The notes beneath the pieces were generated by a model, which worked only from the letters and a program-made list of their open reading frames with translations, was not told the DNA's origin and did no database searches. This document shows positions 39,703 to 49,631 of a stretch of DNA of 64,000 nucleotides, piece by piece. The DNA comes from an uncultured delta proteobacterium (GTDB lineage: Bacteria > Desulfobacterota > Binatia > UBA9968): the NCBI GenBank assembly GCA_963755715.1, contig CAVWLW010000003.1, positions 1-64,000 of the forward strand, read 5' to 3'. A program made the translations under genes and the position numbers. Position 1 is the stretch's first letter. Each line of letters opens with the position of its first letter.

Positions 39703-41118
39703 ATGGTCGCACCTAAAATCCTGGTCGTAGACGACGATAAGAACCTGCTTGAGCTTGCCAAGACGCGCTTGGCCGCGGCGAACTATGGTGTAACCGTCGC
39801 CTTGGGTCAGGAAGAAGCGCTCGAGGCGGTGAATAACGAAAGCTTCGACTTGGCGATCGTTGATTTGCGCCTCGCCGATGAGGACGGCATCACTTTGATG
39901 GAGAAATTGCACGCTATTTTTCCCGGCATGCCAGTGATTATTCTTACAGGTCATGCCAGCGTTGAAGGCGCGGTCGACGCGATGAAAAGAGGCGCCTATA
40001 CTTATCTTACCAAGCCTTTTGATCCGCGCGAGCTGATTCTGCAAATCGGCCGAGCATTGGAGAGCTGCAAACTGGCCTCCGAGAACCAAATGCTCAAAGG
40101 CATGTTGAAGGAAAAATATGACTTCGCCAACATCGTCGCCAAGAGCGACAAGATGCAGCGAGTGCTGGAGGCGGTTTCTCGGATCGCAAAAACCGATTCA
40201 ACGGTCTACATCCATGGCGAGAGCGGCACCGGCAAGGAATTGATCGCCAAAGCGATTCACTTGGCGAGCCCGCGAAAGGACAAACCTTTCGTTGCAATTA
40301 ATTGCGCCGCGATCCCGGAAACACTGCTCGAAAGCGAGCTTTTCGGCCACGAAAAGGGCGCTTTTACCGGCGCGGTGCGCAGCACCAAAGGTCTCTTTAC
40401 TCAAGCGAACGAAGGCACACTCTTTCTCGACGAGATCGGCGATATGCCGTTGTCGATTCAAGTGAAACTGCTCCGTGCTTTGGAGGAACGCCAATTTTAT
40501 CCCGTCGGCGGTGAAAAGCCCGTCCAGGTCGACGTGCGAGTGGTGGTTGCGACCAAAAAAGATTTGGTGGAAGAAGTAAAGAAAGGGCAGTTCCGCGAGG
40601 ATCTTTTTTATCGGATCCACGTGATTCCCATTGTCCTGCCGCCGCTCAAGGATCGTATCGAGGATATTCCTTACCTCGTCGATCATCTGCTGAAAAAAAT
40701 CAGCCAGCAAATGAAGCGAGACGTCAAAGGCCTTACGCCGAAGGCCATGGAAAAGCTGATGCAACACGATTGGCCGGGCAATGTGCGAGAATTGGAAAAT
40801 ACTCTCGAATATGCCGTGACGATGACCCAGCGCGATGTCGTGACCGACGATCTCGTTCTGCAAACCAAAGTTTCCACGGGCGCGGTGGCGACGACGGGGG
40901 ATACGATTCAAGCGCAACTTTTACCGACAAACGGATCCTTCAAGACCTTGAAGGAAGCCAGATCAGAGTTCGAAAGAGCTTATCTGGTTCGCCTGTTGCA
41001 TTCGTGCAACGGCAAAGCGACCCGCGCCGCGGAGATCGCCGGAAAATATCGCGCCGACTTCTATGACCTGCTGAAAAAGCACGACATCAAGCTCGCCGAG
41101 TTTAAGAGATTCAACTGA
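39703..41118 (+). CDS. Sigma-54-dependent response regulator (NtrC/GlrR-like)
   Basis: REC (VVDDD, VD, TG, KPF), [35 protein letters not shown]-terminal HTH. Confidence 0.93.
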   Translation: MVAPKILVVDDDKNLLELAKTRLAAANYGVTVALGQEEALEAVNNESFDLAIVDLRLADEDGITLMEKLHAIFPGMPVIILTGHASVEGAVDAMKRGAYTYLTKPFDPRELILQIGRALESCKLASENQMLKGMLKEKYDFANIVAKSDKMQRVLEAVSRIAKTDSTVYIHGESGTGKELIAKAIHLASPRKDKPFVAINCAAIPETLLESELFGHEKGAFTGAVRSTKGLFTQANEGTLFLDEIGDMPLSIQVKLLRALEERQFYPVGGEKPVQVDVRVVVATKKDLVEEVKKGQFREDLFYRIHVIPIVLPPLKDRIEDIPYLVDHLLKKISQQMKRDVKGLTPKAMEKLMQHDWPGNVRELENTLEYAVTMTQRDVVTDDLVLQTKVSTGAVATTGDTIQAQLLPTNGSFKTLKEARSEFERAYLVRLLHSCNGKATRAAEIAGKYRADFYDLLKKHDIKLAEFKRFN

Positions 41119-41172
41119 CGAGTCGAACTCGCTCCCACGCGCAGTTTATCGATTCGCCGCGAATCTTATGTC

Positions 41173-42574
41173 TCACCTGGAACAATCGACACAGAAGTAA
41201 CTTGCCTGCGTTCTGGAGATTTTTAGTCGACCAACGATCGGCGCGTCGGCGTGTTCTTCAAGATTGACTTTTAGACGCAGGAATCCAGGGTGAGTGCTGA
41301 TAACCAGCACCACCAAGCCGAGCGCGCTCAGGCTCATTATTTGAACGGCGGCGGGGCCGCCGAAGTAATGGGCAAGGGCGCCGGCCAACAGCGTGCCGAT
41401 CGGCACGGTCGCGCGGCTGATCAAATAAAAGCTCATGACGCGGCCGCGGATATGTCGCGGCGCACTTAGCTGCAGCAACGCCTGGTCCTGGGTCTGGTAA
41501 GTCGTCATAAAAACGCCGCTCATGAAAGCGCACGTCAAGGACAACCAAACCCAATGCGACAAGCCAAAGAAGAATACCGAGATACTGAAAACCACAGCGC
41601 CGATGACCGCCGGCAGGGCGTAAGCGTTCCGGCGCGGGATGGAAGCCACGACCAGCGCGCCCAGCAATGAGCCAATGCCAAAGGCGCTCAGTAAGAAACC
41701 TTGAAGCTGGGCGCCGCCATGTAAAACATCTTTCGCGAAGATCGGCATCATGTTGGTAAAGGGCATGCCGAGAGTGAGCGGGCCGAGCGCCAGGATCAAC
41801 TGGGTGCGAATGTTGCTGTTGGCTCTCACGTAGGCAAAGCCGCCCTTGATGCTTTGAAAAAACGACTCCCGGGCGACACGGGCCGACTCGAGGCTGCGCT
41901 CGGGGATATGCATCTGGATCGTCCAGACCGTCGCGAGCAGGAACATGGCCGCTTGGACATAATAGGAACCGTGCACACCAATGGTGGCGATCAGTAAACC
42001 TGCGAAGGCCGGTCCGACGGCGCGCGAGCTGTTGACAGCCATGGAATTGAGCGCCAGCGCATTCATGAGGTGTCTTCGCCCGGCGAGGTCATTCACCAGG
42101 ATTTGGCGCGCGGGATTCTGAAAGGCTTGCACGGTGCCGACCAGGAAGCCGGTTACGTAAACATGCCAGGGTTGGACACGATTCGTAAGACGAGCGTGGC
42201 CAGAATGAGATTGAGAACCGCATTGGTAACTTGGGCAACGATGAGTTGTGCTTTACGACCGGAGCGGTCCGCCAGCGCGCCCGCAACGATGCCGAAAAGG
42301 AAAAGCGGAATGCCGCGCATGGCGGCGGCAAGGCCCAATTGCAGGGGTGAGCTGGTAATATGGTAAATGAGATAGCCGCGGGTGATGCTGTCCATCCACT
42401 GGCCCAGGCTGGTGTCGAGCTGCCCAAGCCAAAGGAGTCGATAGTCGCGGATGCTGAGGGAATCAAAGGTATGGATTCTGCTCAGCAACCCACGCATTTT
42501 TGGCCGCCAGCGTTTGCAGAAGGGTCTGTTTGCCTTTGCGTTCCTCCCGTCGGCTCCGGGTTCCTCGTTGTCAT
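41173..42574 (-). CDS. MFS transporter (MFS_3/EntS-like), several frameshifts
   Basis: RDYRLLWLGQ, GALADRSGRK, AFQNPARQ, RGRVMS, spread over three ORFs. Confidence 0.8.
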
Positions 42575-42665
42575 GTCGTTCCAGCTTTCTTGTGCGGGCG
42601 GGTCATCGGATGAATTGTCGAACGACTTGGAGTGGGTAGCGCAGAGAATGCGGTTCACTGTCATT

Positions 42666-44091
42666 TCAATTCTTCCTACTGCCCCTTACGGCGGAGAAGA
42701 GAATGGAAAACAAGGTGAAAAAGTTAATGATATGAACGGTGTGATTGAAGGTTTGCATGAAGGCGTCCGGAAAAACTCCCCAGCTCTGCGGAAATTCGAT
42801 TTGAGATCGCGTTAACCCGGCAACGGTTAAGCCATAAGTGAAGAGAGTTGTGGAAAGCGCGACACCACAAGACGCGCCAAGACGACCGGTCGTAATCGCC
42901 ATGCCGGCAGCCGCTCCAACCTTGTCTCGGGGTGCTGATCCGAGAATCGCGTTCTGGTTCGGTGTATTGAAAATGGCGATGCCAAGCCCGGAAAGCGCTA
43001 GCGGAAGCATGATTCTCGGTATCGAAGCGCTGCGGGTGAGAGAGGCGATGAAGAATTGTCCCAGGACGATCACACTCGTGCCGATCGTACAGAGGAAGCG
43101 CGAGCCAAATCGATCAGAGAGTCGACCGGCCAGCGGTGCAACCATGCACGATCACAACCGAGTTGGCGATGATGATCCAGCCCATTTTGGAAGGAGAAAA
43201 GCCCATGATGCTCTGCAGGTAAAAGGGCATGAGAAATTGAATGGCTGCCTGCGATGAGGTGATGAAGAACAGACTTAAATTGGCGAAAGTGAATAACCGG
43301 CTGCGGAATAGCGAAAGGCTCAGAATAGGAACTTCAACGCGTAGTTCGGTCAGGATTAAAAGAAACAATCCAGTGAACGAAAGCACAAGGAGTGAGATGG
43401 ACGTGAGGTTGAGTCCCTCGTGGGGGAGGTCTCGTATCGTGTAAAGAAAAAGCGTGTTCGTCGCGAGCAACAGGAAGGCTCCGACGAAATCAATCTTGGC
43501 GCCTTCCTTTTCGTCTCCGCCGGTTTCCTCCATCGTCTTCCATGCTAGGTAAGCCCCAAGCATTCCGACCGGTAGATTAATGTAAAATATCCAACGCCAG
43601 CCGAGCGTATCGATCAGGAAACCCCCCAGAGTGGGCCCGGTAAGGAAACCGGTATGCAGCGCTACCGAGGTATAACCCAGCGCTTTTCCCCGCTCTTCCG
43701 GTGGAAAAACCGTTGAAACGATAGCTCTCCCATTGGCGGTCAACATGGCGCCGCCAATCGCCTGCAAGCATCTAAACAGAATGAGCTGCGCTGGGGAGTG
43801 AGACAGACCGCATAGGGCTGAGCCGAAGATGAAAAGAAGAAAGCCGGTTATATAGATCCGCTTGCGACCAAAAAGATCGCCGACCCGTCCCACCGTTATG
43901 ACCAGACCGATGAGAGTGAGATCATAAATAAGCAGAGTCCACTGGACGGTTGTGAGGTCGGTTCCAAAAGTTCCGGTCAGGGTTGGCAATGCAACTAAAA
44001 GAACTCGTTGATCCACGGCCACCATGAACAGCCCTACACAAACATTGAAAAGAACCAAGCGGGGATTCCGAGGACGGCTGGTTTGTGTCAT
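42666..44091 (-). CDS. DHA2 (EmrB/QacA-like) MFS efflux transporter (frameshift near 43148)
   Basis: VALPTL, GRVGDLFGRKR, GPTLGGFL...WRWIFYINLP, GRLSDRFGSR. Confidence 0.88.
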
Positions 44092-44253
44092 AGGGAATTT
44101 TGAAACAAGAAACATCTTTGGATGCGGCGTACATCACACACGCTACAAGCGCTCGCGCAAACCAGCAACCGCAATTGAATACAATGAGAACACTATTTAA
44201 AGACTTAAATCCAAAAGGAGCAGGCGAACGGTTCCTAGCCGGTTTGTATTTGG

Positions 44254-44361
44254 CTATCCGGACGGACCGCTCTTACCGCCTTGCAGGGCTTTTTCTAAGG
44301 CGTCCATTTCCGCGCCAAAGGTGCGCCAGTCGCCTTTGTCTAGATTGCCGCCCAGCGACAT
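44254..44361 (-). pseudogene. Possible C-terminal remnant of a UPF0182-like protein
   Basis: LDKGDWRTFGAEMDALEKAL resembles, from memory, the GDW..FG.E...L helix ending UPF0182 proteins. Confidence 0.3.
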
Positions 44362-44400
44362 GAGTTTTGGTCGGGATCTGAGGAATTTGGAGAATCGGTC

Positions 44401-44578
44401 CTAGGACGCCTTCAACTTCTCTGCGGCAATCGCGACATTAAACGCACCTGTGTCCAAATTGCTGTTTCGCGCCAGCTCGTACCCGGCGGCTTCAAGGATC
44501 ATTTTCAAATTGCCGCGGACATTACGTTGGTCATCGGCGACGAGTAAACGAATGAATCTCCGATACCGCCATCGGCAT
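44401..44578 (-). pseudogene. Response-regulator receiver N-terminal remnant
   Basis: MAVSEIH / LLVADDQRNVRGNLKMILEAAGYE matches the start of 48401..49057 (VHILVVDDERNIRNNLAMVLEAEGYK). GAGGAG RBS. Confidence 0.7.
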
Positions 44579-44602
44579 TCTCCTCTCGCTGGTCATTTGG
44601 CT

Positions 44603-44812
44603 TCATTGAGAGATCAGGAGCTCCAGCTCTCCTTCACGCCGAAGTACTTTTGCGCTCACATCATCGCCATGTCTCGTCAGATGAAGGTCGACGATCGACG
44701 CTCCGACCCGAAGGTTGGTGATCTCGATATCATTCAAGAACGGTGGCAGAGCCGGTCGAACGAGCGAAACTCGACCTCTGACGCCATCGACGTGGAGCCC
44801 GAGGGCCGCCTG
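44603..44812 (-). pseudogene. C-terminal remnant of an amylo-alpha-1,6-glucosidase-like protein
   Basis: AALGLHVDGVRGRVSLVRPALPPFLNDIEITNLRVGASIVDLHLTRHGDDVSAKVLRREGELELLISQ*. Confidence 0.7.
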
Positions 44813-45111
44813 AAGTGGATGTAATCGCAGTGAAAGTGGATCACATCAAACCGCGACAGATCGCGAGAGACCAGTTCCAACATGCGAACGTGATGGGGCA
44901 GCGTCTCCCGCACATCCGGATCACGCCAGAGCGCTGTGGGACAGACGGGCACGAGGTGGCCGCTTGTTCGCGAATCGCCACTGGCAAATAGAGTCACGTC
45001 ATGACCGAGCCCGACGAGTTCCTCCGTCAGCCAGGAGACCACCCGCTCCGTTCCTCCGTAAAGCTGCGGAGGCACGCTCTCATAAAGAGGCGCGACCTGC
45101 GCGATTTGCAA
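44813..45111 (-). pseudogene. GT4 glycosyltransferase N-terminal fragment
   Basis: IAQVAPLYESVPPQLYGGTERVV...GHDVTLFASGDS...FDVIHFHCDY, then similarity stops. Confidence 0.85.
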
Positions 45112-45235
45112 CCGGTCTTCGATGGGTCGCGATCAGACTTTGAATCATACAGCATAGTCCTGCACCTGTTTCCTCGATTGCCAACGTGAATAGACGGCAA
45201 TTGCATGTCATGAATTCCCGTTCACAGTTCACAGC

Positions 45236-46720
45236 TCAGTTCAAAACTCGTGGCGGCGATGAAATTTCACCGGCACTTTCTTGGCGTGCCTTCCGTGCGG
45301 CGCGCCTTTTTTTGTTCTTGACCCGAACCTGGGGCAGGCCTTTGCGGTTCTTGTGGAAATAGCAAATCTCTACCAACGAAGGCCATAATTCGATGGAGCC
45401 TTTAATCACACTGATAGCGTCGTCGACGATGCGCAGCAGGTTTTGTTGGAAGAAGTCGGGCTCGAAGCCATAAAACGCCCTCTCCAAATTTGCTGCGAAG
45501 AGCCGAAGCGACTGGGCTCGCGCGGCGTTCCTGTCGCTTTCCGCGGCCTGCATCGCACGGCGGTGCAATTCAGTGATCTTGGTAAGAATCTCTTCGGCAT
45601 CCTGAGCGGTCACCTCGGGTTCGTAATCGAACGCGATGCTCAGATCATCGAGCCGCGTAAGCGTGGACTTGATCTTCCGTTTTAGCAGATTGGACACTTC
45701 CTCATTGAAGATCTCCGCGGCCGGCGGATTGCGCATGTAGTTGCTCTTGGTGTGGTTCTGCGCGGCATCGACATGAGCGGAGCAAACGCCGTCCTGCTGG
45801 ATCCACAGACGGTAGATGTAATCCTCGAAGCGCAGCCAAGTCGGGAAGAATGGCGGCAGGCCGAAGGTGTTGTCATAACCCGCTACGCCTGAGTCCATAC
45901 GCCAGTTCTTCTTGGTCAGCACAGGACGGAAGTTCACCAGCACGTAGAACTCGGTTAGCTCGTCCAGGGTTGTTTGTTGCTCATCGGCCAGGAACATATC
46001 CACATAGTCGAGAGCGTCGATATCGTTGGTTCCGGAACGGAAGGTTTGGGCCATCTTCACAATCGCGTTGTCGGGCACCGATCCGTGCTGAAGTATTAGC
46101 GAGTTCTCCCGCGTCAGACCCTTGGTCGCGTTGGTCTCGAGATCCATGGCGGTGTCCATGAGCAATTCACCGCGCTCATAGTTGCCGGGGACCTGGGCGG
46201 CCGATTTGCCCAACACGTCGAGGAAAGAAGCGACGATGTCGAATGACTTCCGGGTGTAGCCGTTCTGACCGGCTTTATACAACCGGCCATGGCAGACCTC
46301 GTCTTCGCCGAGCGATTCAGGGCTGTCTTCCACCAAAGCGTACGGTCGCATGTCGTCATCGGAACTGAGCATTATTCCACCGAGGGTATACATGAGCGTG
46401 CAGTTGCGGTTACCGCCGTAGCTGGGCCGAAAAAGGTTCTTGACCAGAGGTTCCAGTTTCCTGTCCCTCAGCCGCTCATTGAGGAATGCGAGGAAATGCG
46501 CCTTTTCTTTCGGGCCGACATAGAAAAGGTCGTTATGGGTGCGAGTTTGTTCCAGCAGGGGATAGTACTTCTCGTGATTGGCCGGGCTGGAGTCGTCCAG
46601 GACCAGAAGCCGGACCGACTGGCCGTTGCGCCAAAAATGTTCGTCGTATTGCTTGATGGTTTCGCCGACGTCGCGGAGACGGTAAGTGGGAACAACAAAA
46701 AATAAATCTGGATCGTTCAT
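45236..46720 (-). CDS. Uncharacterised protein with GT-A-like nucleotide-sugar-binding motifs
   Basis: FVVPTYR, LVLDDS, YGGNRN, SSDDD (DxD), RFED. Directly upstream of GT4. Confidence 0.55.
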   Translation of the reverse strand: MNDPDLFFVVPTYRLRDVGETIKQYDEHFWRNGQSVRLLVLDDSSPANHEKYYPLLEQTRTHNDLFYVGPKEKAHFLAFLNERLRDRKLEPLVKNLFRPSYGGNRNCTLMYTLGGIMLSSDDDMRPYALVEDSPESLGEDEVCHGRLYKAGQNGYTRKSFDIVASFLDVLGKSAAQVPGNYERGELLMDTAMDLETNATKGLTRENSLILQHGSVPDNAIVKMAQTFRSGTNDIDALDYVDMFLADEQQTTLDELTEFYVLVNFRPVLTKKNWRMDSGVAGYDNTFGLPPFFPTWLRFEDYIYRLWIQQDGVCSAHVDAAQNHTKSNYMRNPPAAEIFNEEVSNLLKRKIKSTLTRLDDLSIAFDYEPEVTAQDAEEILTKITELHRRAMQAAESDRNAARAQSLRLFAANLERAFYGFEPDFFQQNLLRIVDDAISVIKGSIELWPSLVEICYFHKNRKGLPQVRVKNKKRRAARKARQESAGEISSPPRVLN

Positions 46721-46866
46721 TAAAATACATGGCCTCGGATTTCTTTAAACTGAGATCAATCGTGAGCGGAAAGAAATCGAATTTGCTGAGCAGGGGGACT
46801 CTAAGCTTCTTCTCCTCAGTCACGCCCAATAAACCGCGCCAACGAGGGATAAGGTACCTTGTCCGA

Positions 46867-47505
46867 CTAGGCAACGAACACGCCCTTTAAGACCATTTTC
46901 GTTCGCTCGCGGTTTTCTTTTTCGAAGCTGGGCTCGTGTGCCGCTACCCATGTCTGGCTAAATGATTTGACGAGATCAGAAAATATTTTAGCTTGATCCT
47001 TTTGGGTGATTTCAAACTTCGCGCGCGCCACGGTATCCAGGTGCGGCAATGACAGATCGATGAACGCAACGCCATCGTCAAAATTGCCGTTGTCCCGGGT
47101 CGGTGGGTTGATGATGATCATCGATTCGAGAACTTGATGATCGACCCATTTTACTTCCAGACCCCAGCTCTGGGCCAATTTGCTGCGCCGAATAACCTCG
47201 GCTTGCGATTCGCTATCGAGGCTGCTGTGCAGCGGACAGGGGAACATGATTCTTCGCTTGTTGTGGGCCGGAGAAGAGGAGGCGAGTCCTCTCCTTTGGC
47301 AATTGGCAAACATGCCGTCGATATCGAATCTTGAGTCGCTTAAAAGAATTATCCACACCGCTCGAGCGTCCCGAATAGAGTCGGCGACGGCAGGCGGTGG
47401 ATTCTCGCCATAATACAGCGAAACGATTTTTCCTGAGGTCACCTTCCTGGTGAGTCTAGCCAGCCAATTGATGATTCCTAAACCGCCGGTACTTTCGTCT
47501 TCCAT
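46867..47505 (-). CDS. Hypothetical protein
   Basis: 212-aa ORF with AAGGGAG RBS, co-oriented with its neighbours. Confidence 0.55.
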   Translation of the reverse strand: MEDESTGGLGIINWLARLTRKVTSGKIVSLYYGENPPPAVADSIRDARAVWIILLSDSRFDIDGMFANCQRRGLASSSPAHNKRRIMFPCPLHSSLDSESQAEVIRRSKLAQSWGLEVKWVDHQVLESMIIINPPTRDNGNFDDGVAFIDLSLPHLDTVARAKFEITQKDQAKIFSDLVKSFSQTWVAAHEPSFEKENRERTKMVLKGVFVA

Positions 47506-47557
47506 GGTCGTTGTCTCCCTTTAGGATTTAATGAGTCGTTTGTCGTCGCGCTTGTTT

Positions 47558-48389
47558 TTAGCGCCCGTCTCCATACAAATACTGCTCCGATGGCGTGACC
47601 ACGAAATAGGTTTTTACGCGCGTCACTCCGGGGATCTTTCTAATTATGTCGGCGACGATCTGCTCCAAGCCGGCAGCCACAATGATCCCTGAAACATGCA
47701 CCTCGCCGCACCGGGTTTCCACTTCGAGATTCGAAATGTCCAGACGTAAGGAAGCGATTAGCAGCGCCTCACTCTCGCGGTGATCGTCAGGTCCTTCAGG
47801 GCTTGCAAAGACTCCGGAGTCGGCCGGTATTCTTCTTTTGAGAAACCTCTGCAATCATGCGAGCGGCTGTCTCTACGGTGGTTCTGGCGGTGTTCAGCAC
47901 GAGGTCGTATCGAGTAGGATCGCGCCAATCGATCTTGAAGAGCTCCTTTATCCGTCGGGCACGGATTGTGTCCAACTCTTCGAGGAATTTTCTCGCGGCT
48001 TCCTCTGCGAGCCCTTTGCGCGCCATGACATGTTGGATCCTTGACTCCGTTGGAGTATCCAAAAAAACATTCAACACGTGACGAATGCCCGGGAAAAACT
48101 CCTGACCGGCGCGGCCGTGGTACACAATATTTCCCTCTTGCGCGAGCTCACATACCGCCGCCTGGAGCGCGATCCGATAAACCCAGCGGCTCTCAAGCCA
48201 TTGCTCCCACCAGTGATGCCGCTTTTCTTCCAGCACTTCGAAGAGCTTCGCTTCGGAGATGCCGTAGCGCTCGTTAGCTTTGACCAGCACTTCTCTGCTG
48301 ATGCAGCGATGACCCAGGATAGCGGCGACACGCTCTGCGACTGCGCGACCATCGCCGAAAGCCTCATGAGATAGGGTGATAATAGACAT
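47558..48389 (-). CDS. Cytidylate-kinase-like protein with C-terminal BON domain (frameshift near 47835)
   Basis: IITLSHEAFGDG, VYHGRAG, YDLVLNT, then LEVETRCGEVHVSG...IPGVTRV (BON). Confidence 0.8.
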
Positions 48390-48400
48390 AGGTTTATGCC

Positions 48401-49057
48401 TTATGGGTGGTCGGCCGCGTCGAGGCGTCCTAAGCGCTTCAGAGCATCGCGTGCCGGCTGAAACGTCGACTGGGCGTCAAGTGCCATGTAATAATAATGC
48501 ACGGCGTGGGATGTATGACCCTCGCTCTCGGCAAGCTCACCGAGCTGATAATGCGGCTCCGGGCGCGTAACATCGCGCATTATGGCGATTTTTAGGTATA
48601 CGCGCGCTTCCGTGTAGGATTTGCGTCCGCGGGCTAGCTCGGCGAGGTGGAGAAGCTCATCGACGGTTCCGCTCATGCCGATCTTTTGTCGTTGAAGGAT
48701 TTCTTCGCAAAGCAGCAGGATATTCTTTGGATCGAACGGCTTCTCAATGAAGTCTACAGCTCCGAGTTTCATTGCATCGACGGCTCGGCTTACAGTTCCG
48801 TAGGCAGTCAGCATGACCACCGGCATCTTGGGTCTAAGGCCTCGTAGATAGCGAAGCAGTTCCAAGCCATCCATCTTCGGCATCTGGATATCGACGAAGA
48901 CGATATCGTAGAGGCCCGCTTTAACTTGCAGCAGAGCGTCATCGCCATTGCTGGCCTTATCCACCTTGTACCCTTCGGCCTCGAGCACCATGGCGAGATT
49001 ATTGCGGATGTTGCGCTCGTCATCGACAACCAAAATGTGAACCTGCGATTGAGTCAT
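48401..49057 (-). CDS. Response regulator receiver with C-terminal TPR helices, no DNA-binding domain
   Basis: VVDDE, VDIQMPKMDG, LTAYG, EKPF, then EARVYL...PEPHYQLG...YYMAL...FQPARDAL. Confidence 0.85.
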   Translation of the reverse strand: MTQSQVHILVVDDERNIRNNLAMVLEAEGYKVDKASNGDDALLQVKAGLYDIVFVDIQMPKMDGLELLRYLRGLRPKMPVVMLTAYGTVSRAVDAMKLGAVDFIEKPFDPKNILLLCEEILQRQKIGMSGTVDELLHLAELARGRKSYTEARVYLKIAIMRDVTRPEPHYQLGELAESEGHTSHAVHYYYMALDAQSTFQPARDALKRLGRLDAADHP

Positions 49058-49113
49058 CGGACTGCTCCTTTCATGCTGTTGCCGGACGAGATTCGCGATC
49101 TATTTGTATAGAG

Positions 49114-49129
49114 CGCATGAAACGTGCCA
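49114..49129 (-). promoter_or_regulatory. Sigma-54 promoter for the leftward operon
   Basis: Minus strand TGGCAC-GTTTC-ATGCG (GG-N10-GC), 56 nt before ATG 49057. Confidence 0.65.
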
Positions 49130-49222
49130 TCCCGCGCATTCCAAGCTGCCGACTGCCGATCGGAAAGAGCCGTGAAATTGCAGGCAGTCCTGCTGTGGCC
49201 CAAGAGCCGCGAATCACTGCTG

Positions 49223-49267
49223 CTTGCAACTTGCAAATGTCGATCACTTGTTTCTTGCAACTTGCAA
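49223..49267. promoter_or_regulatory. Two CTTGCAACTTGCAA boxes, candidate enhancer sites
   Basis: Identical 14-mers start at 49223 and 49254 (31 bp apart). The core TTGCAA-C-TTGCAA is palindromic. Confidence 0.65.
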
Positions 49268-49320
49268 CGAGCGGCTCGTTTACCTTCCTTCGAAAGCTAA
49301 CGATTTCGTAATCGAATAAC

Positions 49321-49336
49321 TGGCACTAGGGTTGCA
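49321..49336 (+). promoter_or_regulatory. Sigma-54 promoter of the kdp operon
   Basis: TGGCAC-TAGGG-TTGCA, a full consensus match. Confidence 0.85.
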
Positions 49337-49376
49337 CCACAGCCTAAAGCAGGACTCTACTTTTAGGAGCGATCAA

Positions 49377-49460
49377 ATGGCTGACGCTATATTCATCATC
49401 ATCTCGGTCGTGTTTTTTGTCATCTCATGGTTCTACGTCCGCGGCTGTGATCGTCTGTAA
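49377..49460 (+). CDS. 27-aa hydrophobic peptide upstream of kdpF (not in the ORF track)
   Basis: MADAIFIIISVVFFVISWFYVRGCDRL*. AGGAG RBS. Confidence 0.7.
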   Translation: MADAIFIIISVVFFVISWFYVRGCDRL

Positions 49461-49469
49461 GGAGGAACT

Positions 49470-49559
49470 ATGGGACTGGAATATATTATTGGCTTTATCG
49501 TTTCGGTGGTTGTCTTGGTGTACTTGCTTTACGCGCTGCTATGGCCAGAGAAGTTCTAA
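49470..49559 (+). CDS. kdpF: K+-transporting ATPase subunit F (not in the ORF track)
   Basis: MGLEYIIGFIVSVVVLVYLLYALLWPEKF*. YL.YAL..PEKF motif and AAGGAGG RBS. Confidence 0.92.
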   Translation: MGLEYIIGFIVSVVVLVYLLYALLWPEKF

Positions 49560-49631
49560 CTGAGAGCAAGAAATCGCGGCGATGCGAAACAAATTGAAAA
49601 ATATTGCATTAGTAAGAAGGCGGGAGACGTC

